Shown: piece after piece, positions 54,194-64,000 of the stretch
Layout of the letters: each line of letters starts with the position of its first letter
Numbering within the stretch: the stretch's first letter is position 1
Source: Micavibrio sp. UBA5703
GTDB taxonomy: Bacteria; Pseudomonadota; Alphaproteobacteria; Micavibrionales; Micavibrionaceae
Direction: 5' to 3'
Assembly (NCBI GenBank): GCA_002420015.1
Contig: DIHF01000054.1
Coordinates: forward strand, 30,943 to 94,942
Length of the DNA stretch: 64,000 bases
Made by a program: the position numbers and the translations under genes
Notes under the pieces: generated by a model
The model's database searches: none
What the model was told of the DNA's origin: nothing
The model's input: the letters and a program-made list of their open reading frames with translations, nothing else

Positions 54194-55621
54194 ATGTCTG
54201 AAGCGCTGGGAAAAATAGTGCCGGAAAAGATACAGGCCAAGCCCGATGCGGGCAGCGTCAACAAGGATGCCAAATGGGACGGCATCCGCAAGGACTGGGC
54301 CAAGGAGCAAGCCCAGCTTGCCAAGGCGCACGCCCTTGCCTATTTCGACACCGATGAAGATATGCCGTTGTCGCGCCATTTCCTGCTGGTTTCTATTTCG
54401 TTGTTCTTCGTTGTCTTTGTGCTTTGGGCGAATTTTGCAACGCTGGACGAGGTCACGCGCGGTGACGGCAAAGTCATTCCTTCAAGCGAGGTGCAGGCCA
54501 AGCAAGCCCTGGAGGCTGGCATCGTCGAGGAATTTCTGGTGCGTGAAGGCGATGAGGTCAAGGCCGGGCAGGTCCTGATGCGCCTCAGCGATATTGAGGC
54601 ATCGTCCGATCTCGGTGCCAATCAGGCGCGTTATTACGGCCTCCTGGCCGCTATTACAAGGCTTCAGGCGGAGGCGGAGGGCAAGAACACTGTCGATTTT
54701 TCTGAGGAAGTGGTTAAGGCTTCGCCCAGTTCGGTGACGGAAGAGCTTAATGCCTTCCGCGCCAATCAGCAGCAATTGCAGGGGCAGATGAATATCATGT
54801 TGCAGCAATTGGCGCAGCGCGAGCAGGAAGTACGTGAACTCAGCACGCGCGCCAGCGACGTGCGCGGCCAGTTGAGTTTGCAGCAACAAGAAAAACAGAT
54901 GATCGAGCCGCTGGTGCAGCGCGGCTCGGCACCGGAACTGGAATTGCTGCAACTCGAGCGGGCGATTAAAGAAAAAAGTACGGAGTTGAATGGCGTTCTT
55001 TCCAGCATGCCGCGTGCCAAATCTGCCGTCAGCGAGGCCCAGGCCCGCATCGACGAAATCCAGAGTACCGCCAAGGCGCAGGCCCAGACGGAACTCGCGG
55101 CCAAACAGATCGAGATGAACGAAATTAAAGAAAGACTCGGTGCCCTGAAGGAGCGCAAGACCAGAACCGAGATTACCTCACCCGTCAACGGTATCGTGCA
55201 GGAAATGACCGTCAATACCATCGGCGGCGTGGTCAAGCCCGGCGAGGATCTGATCAAAATCGTGCCCAAGGACGACCAGCTTATTATCGAGGCGCGGGTG
55301 CGCCCCGCTGACCGGGCTTTTATCCACCCCGGCCAGAAGGCGGTTATCAAGATCACGGCGTATGATTTTTCGATTTATGGCGGTCTCGACGGTGAACTGA
55401 ATTACATCTCGCAGGATACGTTTGAGGATGAGCAGGGCAATACATTCTACCGCGTACGGCTGATAACCAAGAAAACACACCTCATTCATAAAGGCGAGAA
55501 AAAGGAAATCACCGTGGGTATGGTCGCCAGCGTCGATATCCTGACGGGCAAGAAAACCGTCATGGAATATTTGCTCAAGCCCTTTATTAAAACGCTGGAT
55601 AATGCGATGAATGAACGCTAA
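54194..55621 (+). CDS. HlyD-family type I secretion periplasmic adaptor
   Basis: The ATG at 54194 lies just past the ABC stop (54189-54191); the alternative TTG start at 54188 would overlap it. One TM segment (FLLVSISLFFVVFVLWANF). The barrel/lipoyl motif is GDGKVIPSSEVQ...AGIVEEFLVREGDEVKAGQVLMRL. Long coiled coil. The C-terminal end is GMVASVDILTGKKTVMEYLLKPF. Confidence 0.9.
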   Translation: MSEALGKIVPEKIQAKPDAGSVNKDAKWDGIRKDWAKEQAQLAKAHALAYFDTDEDMPLSRHFLLVSISLFFVVFVLWANFATLDEVTRGDGKVIPSSEVQAKQALEAGIVEEFLVREGDEVKAGQVLMRLSDIEASSDLGANQARYYGLLAAITRLQAEAEGKNTVDFSEEVVKASPSSVTEELNAFRANQQQLQGQMNIMLQQLAQREQEVRELSTRASDVRGQLSLQQQEKQMIEPLVQRGSAPELELLQLERAIKEKSTELNGVLSSMPRAKSAVSEAQARIDEIQSTAKAQAQTELAAKQIEMNEIKERLGALKERKTRTEITSPVNGIVQEMTVNTIGGVVKPGEDLIKIVPKDDQLIIEARVRPADRAFIHPGQKAVIKITAYDFSIYGGLDGELNYISQDTFEDEQGNTFYRVRLITKKTHLIHKGEKKEITVGMVASVDILTGKKTVMEYLLKPFIKTLDNAMNER

Positions 55622-55630
55622 ATTGTCCCC

Positions 55631-57607
55631 ATGAAGCCAGCAGTGAGTAACAATATCAATATCACTTTACCGGACGGTTCCGTGCGTTCTTATGGCGCGG
55701 GCGCGACGGGTCTGGATATCGCCGAAAGCATTTCAAAATCCCTGGCCAAGGCGGCCATTGCCGTGCGCATTGACGGGGTTTTAAGCGATTTATCGCTGCC
55801 GATCACGGGTGATGCCAAGGTGGAAATCCTCAAGCGCGATCATAACGATGCGCTCGAAATGATCCGTCACGATGCTGCGCACGTTATGGCCGAAGCCGTG
55901 CAAAAACTTTTTCCCGGCACGCAGGTTACCATTGGTCCTTCCATCGAAAACGGCTTTTACTATGACTTTGCGCGCAACGAGCCTTTTAGCCCCGAGGACT
56001 TCGAGGCAATCGAAAAAGAGATGCGAAAAATCGTCGAGCGGGGCGATGCCTTCGTGCGCGAGGTCTGGGACCGCAACAAGGCGATCAAATTTTTCAAGGA
56101 CAAGGGCGAGTATTACAAGGCCGAACTTATTCACGATCTGCCCGAGACGGAGGAAATTAAAATCTATCGTCAGGGCGAATGGCTTGATCTTTGCCGGGGG
56201 CCGCATCTGCCGACGACAAAACATGTTGGCACGGCGTTCAAGCTTTTGAAGGTGGCCGGGGCATACTGGCGCGGGGATTCCAACAAGGCCATGCTGACGC
56301 GGATTTACGGCACCGCCTGGCGCGACGAGAAAGAATTGAACGCGTATCTGCACCAGCTCGAGGAGGCGGAAAAGCGCGACCACCGCAAGCTTGGTGCGGA
56401 AATGGACCTCTACCATTTTCAGCACGAGGCACAGGGCTCCGTCTTCTGGCATCCCAAGGGCTACGCCATTTGGCGTATTCTCGAGGATTACATCCGTCGC
56501 CGCATACAGGAAGACGGCTATGTCGAGGTGAAAACGCCACAATTGATCGACAACAAGCTGTGGGAGGCCTCAGGGCATTGGGGCAAGTACCGCGAGAACA
56601 TGTTTGTTGTTCCTGATGTCGTGCCCAACACCGAAGAAGGCGGGAAAGTCTTCAAGGAAGAGCCGACGCGGTTTATGGCGCTCAAGCCCATGAATTGCCC
56701 GGCGCACGTACAGATTTTCAAGCAGGGTATAAAATCATATCGCGACCTGCCGATCCGCATGGCGGAGATGGGTTGCTGTCACCGCAACGAGGCGCATGGG
56801 GCGTTGCACGGCCTGATGCGGGCGCGGCAACTGACTCAAGACGACGCGCATATCTTTTGCACCGAGGATCAGATCCACGGTGAGGTAAAAAAATTCATCG
56901 AACTGTTTCGCAAGGTCTATGACGATTTCGGTTTTCACGATGTCAAAATTCTTCTGGCCACAAGGCCCGAGAACAAGGCCGGAGACGATGCGACATGGGA
57001 CAAGGCCGAAAAGGCCATGGCCGATGTTTTGAACGAGCTGGGGATAGCGTTTGAATACGCGCCGGGGGACGGGGCCTTTTACGGTCCGAAATATGAATTT
57101 CACCTGCGCGATGCCATCGGTCGTTCCTGGCAGATGTGCACCTGCCAGCTCGACTTTGTTCTGCCGGAGCGTCTGGACGCCAGCTATGTCGGCGAGGACG
57201 GAAAAAAACATCGCCCGGTTATGATTCACCGCGCCGTTTTCGGCACGTTCGAGCGTTTCATGGGTGTTCTGATAGAACATTACGCCGGGAAGCTGCCGCT
57301 CTGGCTGGCGCCGGTTCAGGTTGTGGTCGCCACCATCACCGGCAAGGCGGATGATTATGCTGCAACCGTGCTTGCTTCGCTCAAAAAGGCCGGTTTGCGG
57401 GCCGAGCTCGATACCCGCAACGAGAAGATCAACTACAAGGTCCGCGAGCATTCCCACGCCAAGGTGCCGGTCATGTTCATCGTCGGCGCCCGTGAGGCCG
57501 AAGAAGGCACCGTGGCCATCCGGCGCATGGATTCGCAGGACCAGCCGGTCGAAAAGCTTGAAAATGCGGTCGAAACCCTTGCGAATCTTTGTAAACCGCC
57601 CTATTAA
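55631..57607 (+). CDS. thrS: threonine--tRNA ligase
   Basis: 658 aa. N-terminal TGS ([11 protein letters not shown]), editing-domain [11 protein letters not shown], class II motifs (FRNE-type [26 protein letters not shown]; [10 protein letters not shown]), and the anticodon-binding C-terminus. Confidence 0.97.
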   Translation: MKPAVSNNINITLPDGSVRSYGAGATGLDIAESISKSLAKAAIAVRIDGVLSDLSLPITGDAKVEILKRDHNDALEMIRHDAAHVMAEAVQKLFPGTQVTIGPSIENGFYYDFARNEPFSPEDFEAIEKEMRKIVERGDAFVREVWDRNKAIKFFKDKGEYYKAELIHDLPETEEIKIYRQGEWLDLCRGPHLPTTKHVGTAFKLLKVAGAYWRGDSNKAMLTRIYGTAWRDEKELNAYLHQLEEAEKRDHRKLGAEMDLYHFQHEAQGSVFWHPKGYAIWRILEDYIRRRIQEDGYVEVKTPQLIDNKLWEASGHWGKYRENMFVVPDVVPNTEEGGKVFKEEPTRFMALKPMNCPAHVQIFKQGIKSYRDLPIRMAEMGCCHRNEAHGALHGLMRARQLTQDDAHIFCTEDQIHGEVKKFIELFRKVYDDFGFHDVKILLATRPENKAGDDATWDKAEKAMADVLNELGIAFEYAPGDGAFYGPKYEFHLRDAIGRSWQMCTCQLDFVLPERLDASYVGEDGKKHRPVMIHRAVFGTFERFMGVLIEHYAGKLPLWLAPVQVVVATITGKADDYAATVLASLKKAGLRAELDTRNEKINYKVREHSHAKVPVMFIVGAREAEEGTVAIRRMDSQDQPVEKLENAVETLANLCKPPY

Positions 57608-57645
57608 TGGGATTTATACAGCCAACAACTTAAGGAGAATAAGCC

Positions 57646-58194
57646 ATACGTAAGCCATTTAATCCACCGTCACGTCCCAAGACCGATGACGGCCCGCGCA
57701 TGAACGAGCAAATCACCGCCAAAGAGGTACGGCTCGTCGACCACAATGGAGAAATGAAGGGCGTCGTGCCCACTGCCGAGGCAATACGAATGGCCGATCA
57801 GGTTGGCCTTGATCTTGTCGAGGTTTCGCCGAATGCCGAACCGCCCGTATGCAAAATTCTCGATCACAGCAAATACAGATACGAATTGCAGAAAAAGGCC
57901 GCCGAGGCCCGTAAAAAGCAAAAGGTCGTCGAGGTCAAGGAACTCAAAATCCGCCCCGGCATCGAAGATCACGACTACAACGTCAAAATGAAGGCCGCCC
58001 GGCGTTTTCTGGAAGAAGGAAACAAAGTTAAGGTTACCATGCGTTTTCGCGGCCGCGAAATGGCCCACCAGCAAATAGGTTTGGATTTGCTCAAGCGGAT
58101 GCAGGCGGAACTCGCAGGGCTTGCCAAGACCGAACTTAGCCCCCGTTTTGAGGGGCGTCAGGTTATCATGGTTCTCGGCCCGGAAAAGGGTTAA
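57646..58194 (+). CDS. infC: translation initiation factor IF-3, probably initiating at a non-canonical ATA
   Basis: An in-frame stop is at 57640-57642. AAGGAG (57632-57637) lies 8 nt before the ATA at 57646. Reading from there gives (M)RKPFNPPSRPKTDDGPRMNEQITAKEVRLVD..., which restores the basic N-terminal extension typical of IF-3. The first ATG (57700) has no SD. Confidence 0.75.
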   Translation: MRKPFNPPSRPKTDDGPRMNEQITAKEVRLVDHNGEMKGVVPTAEAIRMADQVGLDLVEVSPNAEPPVCKILDHSKYRYELQKKAAEARKKQKVVEVKELKIRPGIEDHDYNVKMKAARRFLEEGNKVKVTMRFRGREMAHQQIGLDLLKRMQAELAGLAKTELSPRFEGRQVIMVLGPEKG

Positions 58195-58220
58195 GCCGCG
58201 CTTTCAATCCATATGAAGGC

Positions 58221-58466
58221 TTAAATATCTAGCTCGGGATACTTAGCTTGGATATGGCGTTTTTCCTGGGAAACTATTCGGAACAGGCCTGCAATATTCC
58301 TAGTGCCCAGCCTTTCGCTGGCTTGGTATCTGTGAACTTCGACTGTACGTACAGATATACCCAGTTTCTTGCCAATCTCCCGTGAAGTTAGTCCGTGATA
58401 AACACCTACAACAACTTCCCGCTGCCGGGGTGTAAGATTGTCGACTTGCCATTCATTTTTACTCAT
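58221..58466 (-). CDS. LuxR/GerE-type helix-turn-helix protein (DNA-binding domain only)
   Basis: 81 aa. LTPRQREVVVGVYHGLTSREIGKKLGISVRTVEVHRYQASERLG is a canonical GerE HTH. No receiver or ligand-binding domain. Confidence 0.8.
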   Translation of the reverse strand: MSKNEWQVDNLTPRQREVVVGVYHGLTSREIGKKLGISVRTVEVHRYQASERLGTRNIAGLFRIVSQEKRHIQAKYPELDI

Positions 58467-58584
58467 AGCCTTTCCTTTCCGTATTGTGGGCTTTTCAGCG
58501 TTTTACAGAAAAATAAAGCTATGGTCAATCGATAATAAAGAGGATGTATCTCTCAAAATGGCCGATTACTTAACGCCGATAGAT

Positions 58585-58905
58585 TTAAACCGCGCTCTCA
58601 ATCCATTGCGTTAATTGAGATTTCGGCATACCGCCGACGCGGGTGTCGACAAGCTGCCCGTCCTTGAAAATCATCAGGGTCGGAATGCCGCGTACACCGT
58701 ACTTGGTCGGGGCTTCGGGGTTCTCGTCGATATTGATTTTGACGATCTTTACTTTGCCCTGCATCTCCGCCGCCACTTCCTCTACAACCGGCATCAGGGC
58801 CTTGCACGGGCCGCACCACTCAGCCCAGAAATCGACCATTACCGGCCCTTTGGCTTTTAAAACCTCTGTTTCAAAATCGTTATCGGATACGGCAATCGGG
58901 GGCAT
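58585..58905 (-). CDS. trxA: thioredoxin
   Basis: ATG at 58905. ...VMVDFWAEWCGPCKALMPV...KYGVRGIPTLMIFKDG... carries the WCGPC active site. Confidence 0.95.
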   Translation of the reverse strand: MPPIAVSDNDFETEVLKAKGPVMVDFWAEWCGPCKALMPVVEEVAAEMQGKVKIVKINIDENPEAPTKYGVRGIPTLMIFKDGQLVDTRVGGMPKSQLTQWIESAV

Positions 58906-58962
58906 GGGTGTTATTCCTTTCAAAATTTATGTTACACTGAACAAATATGGCGACTGATACGT

Positions 58963-61900
58963 TCAGGTCAAGTCCAAAGGCATAAATACCGGCCCGTCCG
59001 TCCATAGCAGGGCGCAGCGTATAGTGCGGCCGGGGTAGATGGCTTTGAGTGTATCGCTATAGGCCTGCATCTGCGAAATGTATGCGGTGTGTATGTCCTG
59101 TTGACGGTCAGGGGGCGGGCGGCTGGTTTTAAAGTCGACAATCAGGATTTCGCTGTCGGTAATGGAAAGCCTGTCGATCTGGCCGCTGACCAGTGTCCCG
59201 TCGGGTAAGTATCCGGTTACAGGAACCTCGGCCATTGACCCCGGCGAGAAAATAGGTTTGAAACTAATATTTTCCAAAATGGCCATGGTTTCGTTGACAA
59301 GTTCTTTCCTAATAGCATCGTCTAGCTCCGTCCCGTAACGGTTTACAAATTCATTTGCCGTATGTAAGCGGTTATCAACGGAAATTTCAGGTAATATTTG
59401 CAATAGTTTGTGAGTAATGTTTCCGCGCAAAAATCTGTAATTGTTTTCTGACATTGTGGGTGAGATAGCGGTAGGCTCAATATGAGAAGGACGCAATGTT
59501 AAAACGGAAGTTTTGTTTGACAAAATATCCGGCGCGTTCATTGTTGCCCAATTGGGAACTATGTTTTTTACCGGAGATAATTCCGTAAGTATATTTTTAC
59601 TGTACAAATGACCATCGCCCATACTGGAAATACGCATTACGCCATCTTCGCAAACTTCAACATTATCCATAGTTTCGAAAGCCGTTTTGGCATAGCTGTA
59701 CCAACATCCATCATTCAGGGTCTGGCTCTTAGGCTTGTACCCACATATATAGAGTCGGTCGGCGGCCCTTGTCAGTGCGACATAAAAAAGCCGCCTGTAC
59801 TCTTCATCCTCTTTTTCCTGCTGGGCATCGTAGGCGATTTCAAACATCCCGCAATCGGCATCGGCGCGCGGCGACCACAAAGGTACAGGTAAGCCGGATT
59901 TATGTGGCCATATCAGCCGTCTGGCCGGTTGCCTCGCCCCGCCGCGTGCCGTACGTGTCGTATCGGGCAGGATAACAATCGGTGCCTCCAGACCTTTCGC
60001 GCCATGAACGGTCATGATTCGGACCTGCCCGCCGCCGTCGTCCATTTCGCGTTTTATTTCGGTATGGCCCTGGCTCTGCCAGTGCAAAAACCCCTGAAGC
60101 GAGGGTGTATGTTCAGATTCATAAAGAAGTACGGCATTCAAAAATTCATCCAGCGGGTCTTTGATGTCCGGTCCCAGCCTTGCCTGCATGGCTCGCCAGC
60201 CGCTTTGCGAATCGGCGGGGCAGGGGCTATGAAGAATATGGCTGAAAAATGTATAAGGCGTACTGTACGTTGCTAAATCGATTAACTCGGCGAGATAATT
60301 GGCAATAAGGTTATTTTCGCTGCGCTTAAGCGCCGCCCATAATGTACCTGTCCGGCCAATCGCCAGATTTAAAAGGCTATCTTCGCCCATATCTATCAGC
60401 GGCGATTTAAGAATCGTGGCTAAAGTCAGGTCGTCTGAGGGCAAAAGGGCAAAAGATGCCACCGCCAGCAAATCCTGTACGCTGATCTGGTCATTGAGGA
60501 TCATTCGGTCGGCGCCGCTGACGGGGATGCCCTTGTTCTTAAGCGCGCGCATCAAGGGTTCGGTAAAGGGCATACGCTTGCGGACAAGAATCATAATATC
60601 GCCCGGTGTAACGGGGAGGCCTGTGGAGGGAAGAACTTCTTTACTCTCCAGCCACCCATGAATGGAATCGGCGATATGCTGCGCCAGGCTGGCAGCGCCG
60701 CCTTTTGCCTCTATAATTCGGGTGGGCGGTTCCCACGGATCGCGCTTTTCAGGCTTTTCACTTTCAAAAAGCGGCCATAACTCAACCAAACCCGGATCGC
60801 GGCTGCGGGCGGCGATGTGCTCGATGGGGCCGGAGCCAAGACCTTTTGCTGCTTCTGATTTTAAAAATACCTGGTCGACAAGATTAAGAACCGATTCGGT
60901 AGACCGGAAGGAAATGTTCAGGCCGATATCGGCAAATGTTTTTCCGGCAGCCGAAACCCGGCCTGCCATGGCCGTACGCATACGCGAAAATTCTTCGGGT
61001 GCGGCGCGCTGGAAGCTGAAAATCGACTGTTTTTCATCGCCCACGGCAAAGACCGTACGTTCAATATCTTCTCTTGCGCCGCTGCCGCTGAAAAACTCCG
61101 CGCATAAGGTTTCAATGATATCCCATTGCTCGGGGTTGGTGTCCTGCGCTTCATCGATCAGGATGTGGTCGATCCCCTGATCGAGCTTATACATCACCCA
61201 GTCGACAATATTTTCGCTCTTGATATCGGTCGTACGTCCCTGCAAAAGATCAAGCGTACAAAGGATAAGGTCGGTATAGTCCAGTCTTCCGGCGTTTTTC
61301 TTAAGATTTTGAAATTCGCCGATAATTTCATAGCCAAGGTGCAGCAGGCTGGCCGTTCCCCGGGCGCAAAGGCTTTTGCGTATGTCCTCGTGTACGTCGA
61401 TGAGCCTTTGCGATTCGGCGCGCAGTATGGCCTCTGATTCGGGAAAGGTCTTGGTCGTGGCCTTGCTGGGAAAGTTCCTTGCTCTGGGTTTTCCTGTGGA
61501 GTTGGGAATGAATATTTCTGCATAATCGTCGAACCGATCCGTACGTGCTTCAGGCGCGGCATCGAGCCACAACTGAATTTTGTATGCGAATCTGCTTTCT
61601 TCCTCCGATTTTGAGGCCGCCATAACAGCGCAGGTTCTACGCAAATCGCTTTCGGCAATGGAATCGCTGCGGCAGGCTTCGCGCTTTATATCCTCGGGCG
61701 TACGTCCGGGCAGTATGCCCAGCGCCGCGCACAGCGCCGTATAAAGCCCGTCCGGTCCCCATTCCCGCATCAGATCGAACAGGAGTTTGCGTTCCTGCGC
61801 CATGGCACCAAGAAGGGTGAGGAAACTTTCCTCGTCGATCTGGGCGGCCACAACCTCAAGCGCCTGCCGCAGCGGCGAGCCGGCGGGGGCGGCTTTTGCC

Positions 61901-62451
61901 ATCGCAATATGCCGGGCGCGGGAGAGCAAGACGTCCTGCTCGGATCCTTCCAGCAGGGTAAAATGCGGCGGAACCTGCGCCTCCAGTGAAAAACGGCCCA
62001 GAACCGACTGGCAAAACGAGTGGATGGTCATGATTTTAAGGCCGCCCGGCGTATCCACGACCTGCGTAAAGAGCCTGCGTGCTGCGGTAAGGGTCGTTTC
62101 GTCTGCTGGCCAGCCCAGAAGCTTTGTCAGGTCGGCCCGCAATTCATCCAACGTCATAACCGCCCAGCGGCTTAAGGCCGCGCCGACCCGCAGTGCCATT
62201 TCGCTGGCTCCCGCCCGTGTGTAGGTCAGGCAAAGAATTTTGTGCGGCGGCGTTCCGGGCGTACCGTTTTGCTGCGGCAGCATCAGGCGCAGCACGCGCT
62301 GCGTCAGAACCGTTGTCTTTCCCGTTCCCGCCGAGGCGCTGACCCATACCGAATTGGCCGGATCTGAGGCCGTTTTTTGAAGAGCGCCCGCATTTATGCT
62401 GCGTTCGTCAAGGTTGCCTTCCTGTGGTTTTCTTACAGACTCCCGTGCCAT
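58963..62451 (-). CDS. addA: double-strand break repair helicase AddA
   Basis: The ATG at 62451 overlaps the addB stop (TAATG). UvrD-like motifs are WVSASAGTGKTTVLTQR, ILIDEAQDTN and VGDEKQSIFSFQRA. The C-terminal PD-(D/E)xK nuclease is GQIDRLSITDSEILIVDFKT. Confidence 0.9.
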   Translation of the reverse strand: MARESVRKPQEGNLDERSINAGALQKTASDPANSVWVSASAGTGKTTVLTQRVLRLMLPQQNGTPGTPPHKILCLTYTRAGASEMALRVGAALSRWAVMTLDELRADLTKLLGWPADETTLTAARRLFTQVVDTPGGLKIMTIHSFCQSVLGRFSLEAQVPPHFTLLEGSEQDVLLSRARHIAMAKAAPAGSPLRQALEVVAAQIDEESFLTLLGAMAQERKLLFDLMREWGPDGLYTALCAALGILPGRTPEDIKREACRSDSIAESDLRRTCAVMAASKSEEESRFAYKIQLWLDAAPEARTDRFDDYAEIFIPNSTGKPRARNFPSKATTKTFPESEAILRAESQRLIDVHEDIRKSLCARGTASLLHLGYEIIGEFQNLKKNAGRLDYTDLILCTLDLLQGRTTDIKSENIVDWVMYKLDQGIDHILIDEAQDTNPEQWDIIETLCAEFFSGSGAREDIERTVFAVGDEKQSIFSFQRAAPEEFSRMRTAMAGRVSAAGKTFADIGLNISFRSTESVLNLVDQVFLKSEAAKGLGSGPIEHIAARSRDPGLVELWPLFESEKPEKRDPWEPPTRIIEAKGGAASLAQHIADSIHGWLESKEVLPSTGLPVTPGDIMILVRKRMPFTEPLMRALKNKGIPVSGADRMILNDQISVQDLLAVASFALLPSDDLTLATILKSPLIDMGEDSLLNLAIGRTGTLWAALKRSENNLIANYLAELIDLATYSTPYTFFSHILHSPCPADSQSGWRAMQARLGPDIKDPLDEFLNAVLLYESEHTPSLQGFLHWQSQGHTEIKREMDDGGGQVRIMTVHGAKGLEAPIVILPDTTRTARGGARQPARRLIWPHKSGLPVPLWSPRADADCGMFEIAYDAQQEKEDEEYRRLFYVALTRAADRLYICGYKPKSQTLNDGCWYSYAKTAFETMDNVEVCEDGVMRISSMGDGHLYSKNILTELSPVKNIVPNWATMNAPDILSNKTSVLTLRPSHIEPTAISPTMSENNYRFLRGNITHKLLQILPEISVDNRLHTANEFVNRYGTELDDAIRKELVNETMAILENISFKPIFSPGSMAEVPVTGYLPDGTLVSGQIDRLSITDSEILIVDFKTSRPPPDRQQDIHTAYISQMQAYSDTLKAIYPGRTIRCALLWTDGPVFMPLDLT

Positions 62452-64000
62452 TACGCAGCCTCCTCTGAATCGTCCCCCAGCACCGTCCATTCTTTTACGC
62501 GGGCCAGATGGGAGTAATCGCTGTAGCGCGGGATGTTGTCGGCGGCGGGAAGGGAATAATAGGGGGTGTCGGGGTTATTAAAGGCGGCAACAAGCCCCTG
62601 CAGACCCTCCAGCGCCCTTATCGCAGCATCCTCAACGCCGCTGTCGGCGGTAATGTCGTCCCCCGGCGGCGAACCGCCGCCTAGTTTCCAGTAGGATAAA
62701 ACGCCGGGATCGGCGCTGCCGATGCCTTCAAAGCCTCCTTGCATTAATATCGCGGCCTCCAGCGGCAATTGCGGGTGCTGGCCTGAAATAATCTTTGTTT
62801 TGGTGTACGTGCCGCCGGATTTGTAGTCGATAATGGCCGCACCCCCGTCTTTCAGGATGTCGATACGGTCGGCGCGGGCGGTTAGGGTAAAGGGGCTGCC
62901 GTCCACCTCGAATTGCAGTTTGCCGGGCAACTCGGAGCGGATTCTGACGACATTCTGCCGCCAGACATTTTCATGCTGCACAAGCCAGTCCGCCACGCCA
63001 GAAAAGCGCGGCCACCAGTAGTCCCAGAAGGTCGGGTCGCCATTGAATTTATCAGCTTCCTCGCGGGCTATGGCGATCAGGCGTTCCCCCGCATCAGGGG
63101 GAAGGTTCGCAGGAAAGGCAATGACAAATTGCTGCAATATTTTGTGCAGAAGATCGCCAAAGTGACGGGCTTCCGGCTCGGTTTCCAAAGGGTCGAGCTT
63201 TTTAAGGCGCAGGATATGGCGCGCATAAATGGAATAGGGGTCCTGAAGCCAGGTCTCAATTCGCGTCACGGAAAGCTGCGAAGGGCGGTGCTGCGGTTCC
63301 GGGCGCGGTTCCGGGCGCTTGCAGGGCGTTACGGCTTGAGGTTTATCAAGCGCTCTGGCCCAGTCCAGATAGCGTTTGTCCTCGATTTCCTGTGGCGCGA
63401 TCCCGGCGGCCTGCAACACGGTATCCAGCCGCCGCAGCCAGCGCGAAGGTACAGCCGGGGCGCCGTCGGTCTGGCGCGGTCTTGTCAAAACGACATTAGG
63501 CGCACAAAAGGCCTGTACAAAATCATGTGCGGCAAGCCCGATGGCGCGCTCGGGCGCGGGCAGGCCAAAATCTTTACGCATGGACCGGGACATCCACGGG
63601 TCGTGGGCAGGCTCGGCCGGCCAGACTCCTTCGTTCAGGCCGGCAAGGATCATCGTATCGGCATCTATAAGCCGGGCCTCGAGCTGGCCCAGTACGGCCA
63701 GCGAAGGATGCGTACCCCAGGCGGGACGTACGGTTACGGCACCCATGAGCCGGGTCAGGATTTTTTCGTAATCCTCGGCTGTCACCATGGGCAATAAATG
63801 GGCCTGGCTTTGAAGATCGGCCAAAAATGCGGCCGCTTTCGTGCCGTCGTCACCGGCCCAAAGACGGTCCATGCCTCTTTCCTGATATGTGCTGGCCAAT
63901 GCCTCGGCCATCTCAATATGGGCGGCAAGAAGGTCGGAAAATTTATGAAGTCCCCCGGCCTGGGTCAGGGAGGTGAACCGGTGCGTCGACGCATCAAGCT
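62451..64000 (-). CDS. addB: double-strand break repair protein AddB, C-terminal part (5' end beyond the window)
   Basis: The frame is open to the window edge. The C-terminal nuclease motif is ARADRIDILKDGGAAIIDYKSG. The addB-addA-trxA order is typical of alphaproteobacteria. Confidence 0.85.
   Translation of the reverse strand, partial: LDASTHRFTSLTQAGGLHKFSDLLAAHIEMAEALASTYQERGMDRLWAGDDGTKAAAFLADLQSQAHLLPMVTAEDYEKILTRLMGAVTVRPAWGTHPSLAVLGQLEARLIDADTMILAGLNEGVWPAEPAHDPWMSRSMRKDFGLPAPERAIGLAAHDFVQAFCAPNVVLTRPRQTDGAPAVPSRWLRRLDTVLQAAGIAPQEIEDKRYLDWARALDKPQAVTPCKRPEPRPEPQHRPSQLSVTRIETWLQDPYSIYARHILRLKKLDPLETEPEARHFGDLLHKILQQFVIAFPANLPPDAGERLIAIAREEADKFNGDPTFWDYWWPRFSGVADWLVQHENVWRQNVVRIRSELPGKLQFEVDGSPFTLTARADRIDILKDGGAAIIDYKSGGTYTKTKIISGQHPQLPLEAAILMQGGFEGIGSADPGVLSYWKLGGGSPPGDDITADSGVEDAAIRALEGLQGLVAAFNNPDTPYYSLPAADNIPRYSDYSHLARVKEWTVLGDDSEEAA

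Overview
This 64-kb window looks like alphaproteobacterial chromosome. The supporting gene content is AddAB instead of RecBCD, a DUF3576 lipoprotein next to leuS, hisB-H-A-F-E order, a ~390-aa serC near serA, a TolC/ABC/HlyD type I secretion set, and GANTC and TTAA-N7-TTAA motifs. I recognised no rRNA, tRNA, CRISPR array, transposase or integrase. About 55 protein genes are supported. Housekeeping blocks (leuS fragment, yggS, hslVU, hisB/D/H/A/F/E, panD, comM/yifB-like, uvrD, serB/C/A, thrS-infC, trxA-addA-addB fragment) are interleaved with ORFans. Hand counts on 60-70 nt samples put the ORFans at ~40-47% GC against ~60-65% in neighbouring core genes. These ORFans split the his and ser clusters. 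The largest accessory locus is 45.3-55.6 kb: a 1607-aa repeat adhesin (four ~131-aa modules, VCBS-like units, a VWA domain, a C-terminal T1SS signal domain) followed by TolC, an ABC exporter with an N-terminal C39-like domain, and a HlyD adaptor. A second protein with the same class of C-terminal secretion domain (RTX nonapeptides plus a DUF4114-like region) lies at 33.6-35.3 kb. Upstream of the adhesin are ~1.2 kb without credible ORFs. The first ~0.7 kb is GC-rich and hairpin-dense and I could not classify it. The next ~0.4 kb is AT-rich and holds 12 GANTC sites, a GAATCG-AG-CGATTC palindrome and a perfect TTAA-N7-TTAA box. Intergenic DNA carries at least four families of palindromic repeat elements. 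The most novel-looking items are the unclassified 0.7-kb segment with its methylation/CtrA-type control region, a low-GC two-gene cassette behind hisD (one product shows an HxD...H...RxS pattern), an orphan ClpB-NBD1-only ATPase, and a J-like protein with HPD changed to HED between serC and serA. All functional calls rest on reading translated sequence by eye. No database search was possible.
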